A stretch of DNA of 64,000 nucleotides, from assembly GCA_951406725.2 (NCBI GenBank), contig OX597814.1, forward strand, positions 206,460,001-206,524,000. The letters run 5' to 3'. Below the pieces are notes generated by a model. The model saw nothing but the letters and a program-made list of their open reading frames with translations. It did no database searches and was not told the origin of the DNA. This document shows, piece after piece, positions 58,085 to 64,000 of this stretch (its first letter is position 1; each line of letters opens with the position of its first letter). The translations under genes were made by a program, and so were the position numbers. The stretch comes from Octopus vulgaris. Taxonomy: Eukaryota.

Positions 58085-60390
58085 ATAGTTTCTTTTCATG
58101 AATACTTTATTTCAGCTGCCTTGGTACCAGGCATCCTCCAGAGACCAAGAGTAGCAAGGGCAATTTTGTTTTGCTGTGCATGCAAAACTTATCCCCACAT
58201 TTATTCCATTTTAGATGGAGAGTGCTTTCTGTAGTGTATGGGCTGTACCCATGAAAGTAATCTTTTATAGTTCACAGAGATTGGAGTTACAAAGGAGTTG
58301 CTTTATATAATTCTCAGCTCCCTTCTTTATCATTCCCAAGGCACCAAATACTACTGGTATTATCGTAGAGCTAAGCTTCCACATTTTTGTGATTTCAATT
58401 TGCAGATCTTTTCAGTGAGAAAGCTTTTCGCATTCCTTTCTTGAGACATTTTGATCTTGTGGGACAGACATATCTATTAAGACAGACAAGTTCTTCTGTT
58501 GTTGTCCTTGATCACAGTGTCTGGTTGATTGGAGTCAATTTTTCTGTCTGTTTGTATTGGGAAGTTCCAGAGAATGGTGATGCCTTTGCCATTTACTACA
58601 TCCTCTGGATGGTGCTTGTACAACTTATCATGGGATTTAATTTTGTAGGTATTTTAGAAGCATTCCGGTGCATGTACTGACCTAGTTTGTCATGTCTTAT
58701 CGGGTTCTCCTTTTCACCGAGGACTGAGCAGCCAGAAACAGCATGATCAATTGTCTCTGTGAATTTCCTCCAAATCCATCTTAAAGGACATTTGCTTGGT
58801 AGATAAGCTCTGATCTTGCTCTGCAATAGCAAAACCTTCAGTTTCCCCCTTTCAGACCTGTCCCTTGCAGCCATTGGCATGTTAGATTTTGATCAATATC
58901 TGGCTTGGACAGGTGGTTAGGGTATTTTCCATGCAGGAGTTTACCCTTCCAGTTGTCTTCCATGTTATTCATGCAAGCCTTCTTTGCTTTTTGTTTGATG
59001 TCTTTTGCATCAGTGATAGGTTTGTCACCATTTGGATCTCTTTGCTCTTTCTGATTGTTAATTTCTAAATCAGGAGAAGCAATGGTAGGTCTGTCAGTAG
59101 TTGGGTGTCTTTGGTCATTCTTATTGTTAGCTTGTAGGTCAAGAGACTTTTTTTTAATTCTTGACTAAGATTCATGACCGAAGCTTGCTTGGAATCTTCA
59201 TGCTTCAGTGAAGTTCATGAGAGCACATCACTTGTTGTATTAAGGTTCATTTCAAGGCCTATTATTGCTGATTTGAAGGATAGCTCAAGCTGTATCAGGC
59301 CTCTTCTGCCTATTTTTCTTGGGAGATAAATCCTGTCTACATCTGATTTTGGATGGTGCATTCGGTACCTTGTAATGATTTTACTGGTCTTTCCATCCAT
59401 ATTCTGTATGTCAGTGAGATTCCACTTAATGATATCAAAGCTATATGTGGTTACTGGTAGGGCCAAAGAATTGATTGCATTAATTCCTTTAGCAGCATTT
59501 AATTCTGAGTTTAGGACCATTCTTACCCTTTGGTAGTATTCCTTGCAGATTTTCTCTTTTATTTTAGAGTGCTGGATACCATCACCTTCATTGGTTCCCA
59601 GATATTTGTATACTTCAGTTTGGTCTAGGTTTCAAATAGCACTGGTAATATCAAGTTCTATGTTTTCTGCCCTTATGAACTTCCCTGCCTTGAAAGTAGC
59701 CTTGGCACATTTATCAAGTCCGAATTCCATGCCTATATCAGAGCTGAATTCCTTGACAATATTCAGGAGCTCTTCTAATTCTTTGTTGTTTTTGGCAGTT
59801 TTAGATCATCCATATAGAGCTGCTGATTAATTTTCTGGTCAAACATCTTACATCCTCTCTTAGCATTATTCACTTGTGTGGATAAAGGGAACAGAGCGAG
59901 GCAGAAGAGTAATGGTGAAAGATACCACAGGTGATATTGATGTCTGGTGAGGTGGTATATCCTTGTATTTGGTTTAAAATGAAGCTGGTTCTCCACAAAT
60001 TCATGATTATTTTTAAAAAGTTCACAATTGTTGGAGCTGTCTTGTAAACTTCCAGGGCCTTGATGATTCATGCATGGGGGACACTGTCACAAGCCTTCTT
60101 GCAATCTATCCAAGTGGTGCTAAGGTTTCTGCATTTGGATTTGCAATTTTCAATGACCATTTCATCAATCATTAATTGGTCCTTACATCCATATGAACTC
60201 CTTTTACATCCCTTTTGTTGTGCCACTGGGAGTAACTTCCAAGAATTCATATGCTCTATTCACTATCATAGATGTTAACAGTTTATATATGGTGGTGAGG
60301 CATGGTATGGGTTGGTATTTTGCGGGGTTAGTAGTTTCTTTTGTTTTTGGTGCAGCAAGTCTTAATAAACCTTTATCAGTGGTGATATGA
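58085..60390 (-). mobile_element. R4/Dong-type RLE non-LTR retrotransposon (RT + RLE), 5'-truncated, ending at (TAA)n
   Basis: QQKGCKRSSYGCKDQLMID, WIDCKKACDSVPH, LYMDDLKL, DRIYLPRKIGRRGLI, ETIDHAVSGC...IRHD. Confidence 0.88.
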
Positions 60391-61239
60391 CGTCATGATC
60401 ATGTTGACTAAATAGCTATAATTATTAGTTTCCCATTGGTTAAAATTACTACCCATATTTGAATTCTAACTTTTGCCAAAGAGAAATCTTTCATGAAATA
60501 CAGTTCTTAGAATTCAGATATCAGCAGTTATAAAAACCTTGATTTTGGGGAAATATATCAGTATTTATTGGTCTTCTACTTGATTCCATGACACTCACTT
60601 TCTTGAGATATTGGTCATTGTCATGCCAAGTCTTGTCTAATTCAACTATTTTGAATTGTTGTTTAAAAGTCTTTCTAGTTTAGTAATGAAAGAATTAGAT
60701 AATTCAATCTTCATGTCATAAACTCTCTACAACAGTTTTCTTTTGACTTCTCTTATAAAAATATATTGTAAATATTAAATGTATGTAAATTAATTGATTT
60801 AGTAAATAATTTCTTTTTCTTCATTTTCTTCAACCTGTTGATGAAATTTATTTCTGCAACTATTGAAACTGTTATTATAGCGGTGAAAAAGAGTGAGCTT
60901 TCTTATATTCAACATGTACATTCAGCGACCTGGTGTGTATAACTCACCACAGTGTTTAGATAGTCTAAGCTAGAATTTATGTATGGTGATAAAATACTTA
61001 TAATTAAGTTATAAGTGACAGATTTATCACCACAGATTCCTGCTAAATAAATATTTATATTTATTATATTTTGAAGTCGAACATATTATAAACAGATTAA
61101 ATTATCTAATGGTTATAGGTTATTTCCCACTGTTATAAATTGCCACTCATCATTTTTCTCAATACCCATGCTGTTATAAATTGGTAACCAACTGACATGG
61201 ATTCCAAATTCTACCCTGGAGAATAATCACCATTATAAA

Positions 61240-63458
61240 TTGAGGAACATTCAAGGCATGAGATGCGGGAATGCGACAATTAGTCTGTTATATTTTATGG
61301 CATACTCCAAAAATCATTATTACAGGATTTTGAAGAATTACCCTGAATTTACAAAACCATTAGCTCTAAACACCAAATGTGTTCATTCAGTCAGTCATCA
61401 CATTGTGACCCATGGACCACCAAGTTTTTCCAAACCTTGTAGACTATATCAAGAGAAATTAAAGATTGCTAAGGCCACATTTTGTCACATGTTAGACCTC
61501 AGAATAATTCAGCCTTCTAGCAGTACTTGGTCTACACTTTTAGTTTTGGTAAAAAAAAATCTCACAGACTGGCATCCATGCAGAGATTTTAGACAGCTTA
61601 ATGCAAAAACACTACAAGATAACTATTCTATTCCACATATCCATGATTTTGCAGCTTCATTGAGTGGTTGTAATAACATTTTGAAAATAGATTTAGTTAG
61701 AGCATACAATCAAATTCTTGTTGAAGAGAATGATATACCAAAAACTACAATTACAACTCCGTTTCACTTGTATGAATTATTTTGTATGCCTTTTGGATTG
61801 AGGATTCAGAGATTCATTGACAAAGTAACAAAAGATTTACCTTTTGTATTTGCTAACATAGACGATATTCTCATTGCTAGTCCGCCAGAAGAAGTTCATG
61901 AAAATCACTTAAAACATATTTTTGAAAGACTGACTAAATATGGTATAGTGATAAATCCATCAAAGTGTGTTTTCAGTGAACGCACTGTATCTTTTTTAGG
62001 TCATCTCATTGATAAAGCTGGAATTCACCCACTGCCAGACGAAGTTGAAGCTAATAACAAATTTCCAATACCAAATTCTTTACAAAAAGCATTGAGAATT
62101 TTTAGGACTCATTAATTTTTAGAGACGTTTCATTCCACAATTGCACAGAAATTCTATTTCCTCTAACTGAATTATTAAAGAATAGGAAAAAGAAAAATGA
62201 AGCTATAGCTTTAAAAGGTGAAGAATTACAGGCCTTTCATTGCATAAAAGGAAAACTTTGTGAAGAAACACTTTTGAGTCATCCGGTTCCTGAAGCAAAA
62301 TTATCATTAGTAGTTGATGTTGGAATCGGTGGAGTTTTACAACAGTTTCATTGTGGTTCTTGGCCACCATTATCATTCTTTTCAAAGAAATTCAAGGCAC
62401 CAGAAACGAAACACAGTGTTTTCGGCTGAGAATTATTGGCAGCTTACTTGTTAACTAAATACTTCAGACATCTTCTTGAAGGTAGGTCATTTACATTATT
62501 TACTGACCATAAACCATTGACACATGCACTAAAAAATTCTTCTGAAAAATATTCTCCCAAATAAATTAGACACCTTGATTATATTTCACAGTATACTGTG
62601 GATATACAGTATATGAAGGGTGTTGAAAATGGATCTTTTCACTTTGACCGGCAGATTTTAAAAATAATTTCTTTGTAACTAAACACTTTTAAACTTCGTA
62701 TACTGATAGAATGTGTCGCATAAAACATTTTTTTCTCTTGGCTTTCTTGAGAAAATTCTGTATTTTGTAAGTTATTTCTTGTTTAATTTCTTGTATTTCG
62801 GCAATTTCAACCAATTAATGATGTCTTTTGAGGTGAATACAATTACTGCTGTTGCTTGCAACAAGTTCAAGAACAGCTTCCAGTGGTACGTGTATTTGTT
62901 TACATTTGAAGAAGATCGTCACTTTCCGTAAAATTTTTATTTTTTTATATATGTGGGGTTAGGGTGAGGGTTAAGGTTAGGGTTAGGTGTGATATTTCTA
63001 CTGGTATTTCTAAACCATTTGTGCCTGAAAGACATAGAAAAGTTGTTTTTTCTACCTTACATAATTTATCTCATCCTGGTATTGGAGCTTCATTAAAATT
63101 AATATCGAGTCAATTTGTTTGGCCCAGCATGAATAAGGATATTCGTTCTTGGGTTCAATCGTGTATGCAGTGCCAAGAAGCAAAAGTGAATCATCACATT
63201 AAAGCACCATTAGGTACTTTTGCAAATTCTGATGTTCCTTCTTTTACAAGTAAATTACAAAATATTAAAAGTTTCCTCCCTTCCGATATCAATTCTTGGA
63301 CTCATGTATTTATATGTTATGATGCTAGTCATCATTCACTGAATTATAAATACACTGGACCTTTTAAAGTTTTGTCAATTAAAGATAAAACTATAACTTT
63401 GGATATGCATGGTAAGAAACAGATTATCAGTTTAGACAGATTTAAAAACACTGAATAG
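61240..63458 (+). mobile_element. Gypsy pol remnant (RT, RNase H, integrase) interrupted at ~62630-62987
   Basis: KIDLVRAYNQI, MPFGL, NIDDILIAS, FLGH, FTDHKPL, LHNLSHPG...WPSMNKDIRSWVQSCMQCQ. Confidence 0.9.
62630..62987. mobile_element. Non-coding insertion in Gypsy pol ending in degenerate TTAGGG repeats
   Basis: Interrupts the coding frame between RNase H and integrase; ends ggggttagggtgagggttaaggttagggttagg. Confidence 0.5.
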
Positions 63459-63599
63459 AAAGCAGAGGTGATGGGAGTTGCAGAGAGCAAGCTCATCATT
63501 CAAGCCCATGGGTTGACGCAAAACATCGGATGGAAGGCAGAGGCGATGGGAGTTGCAGAGAGTAAGCTCATCATTCAAGCACCATTCAACCGTGGGTTG

Positions 63600-63850
63600 A
63601 TGTCAGTGCTGCCTGACTGGTTCCCAGTGCCAGTGACACGTAATAAGCACCATTCAAGTGTGGATCAATGTCAGTGCCACCTGACTGGCTCCCTATGCCA
63701 GTGACAAGTAAAAAGCATGTAAAAAGCTGTAGAAACCTTGCCAGGTGAGATTGGAACCTGGTATGGCCTCCTGGCTTGCCAATCCCCAGTCAAACCGTCC
63801 AATCCATGACAGCATAGAAAATGAACATTCAACAATGATGATGATGATGT
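63600..63850 (+). mobile_element. SINE-like element, (GAT)n-tail family
   Basis: cagtcaaaccgtccaatccatgacagcatagaaaatg...gatgatgatg. Confidence 0.7.
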
Positions 63851-64000
63851 ATTTGTATCTATATAGATAGATCGATAGATAGACAGATACACATGTGATT
63901 AATCTATAATAGTGGTTAATATATTCTTAAGGTCAAATTTGAATCACTCATAAGAACTTCTAGCCTCCATCGCTAAGTCAGTTCCAAACCAAATTCCATT

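Noticed and set aside
63457-63603. Two-copy ~72-bp direct repeat
   Set aside because: A simple local duplication between TE fragments with no further structure.

Overview
This is AT-rich, repeat-saturated animal genomic DNA. The SINE families and the microsatellite load suggest a cephalopod, probably Octopus (inference). It contains three ~100-N assembly gaps. Bases 1-19 kb form a (TA)n microsatellite field filled with retroelements: a 5'-truncated Penelope-like element (RT + GIY-YIG), hammerhead-ribozyme (HHR) non-coding elements and CR1/L2-group LINEs. The most notable feature is a 491-bp tandem repeat with a terminal fold-back (3755-5168). Each unit carries a complete type I HHR with an unusually long helix II and a palindromic helix III, so it looks like a retrozyme able to release a highly structured 491-nt monomer or circular RNA. 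A second, unrelated long-helix-II HHR lies at ~3205-3321 and a possible U3-A8 variant at 774-814. Bases 22.7-32.1 kb are a ~81-copy 115-bp satellite derived from a SINE fragment plus local flank. Bases 32-64 kb are nested TE debris (RTE, L1/Tx1, R4/Dong, Gypsy, Helitron, hAT, SINEs) around two minus-strand exons of a PARP14/PARP10-like tandem-RRM host gene. All calls come from reading the sequence; no searches or folding programs were run.
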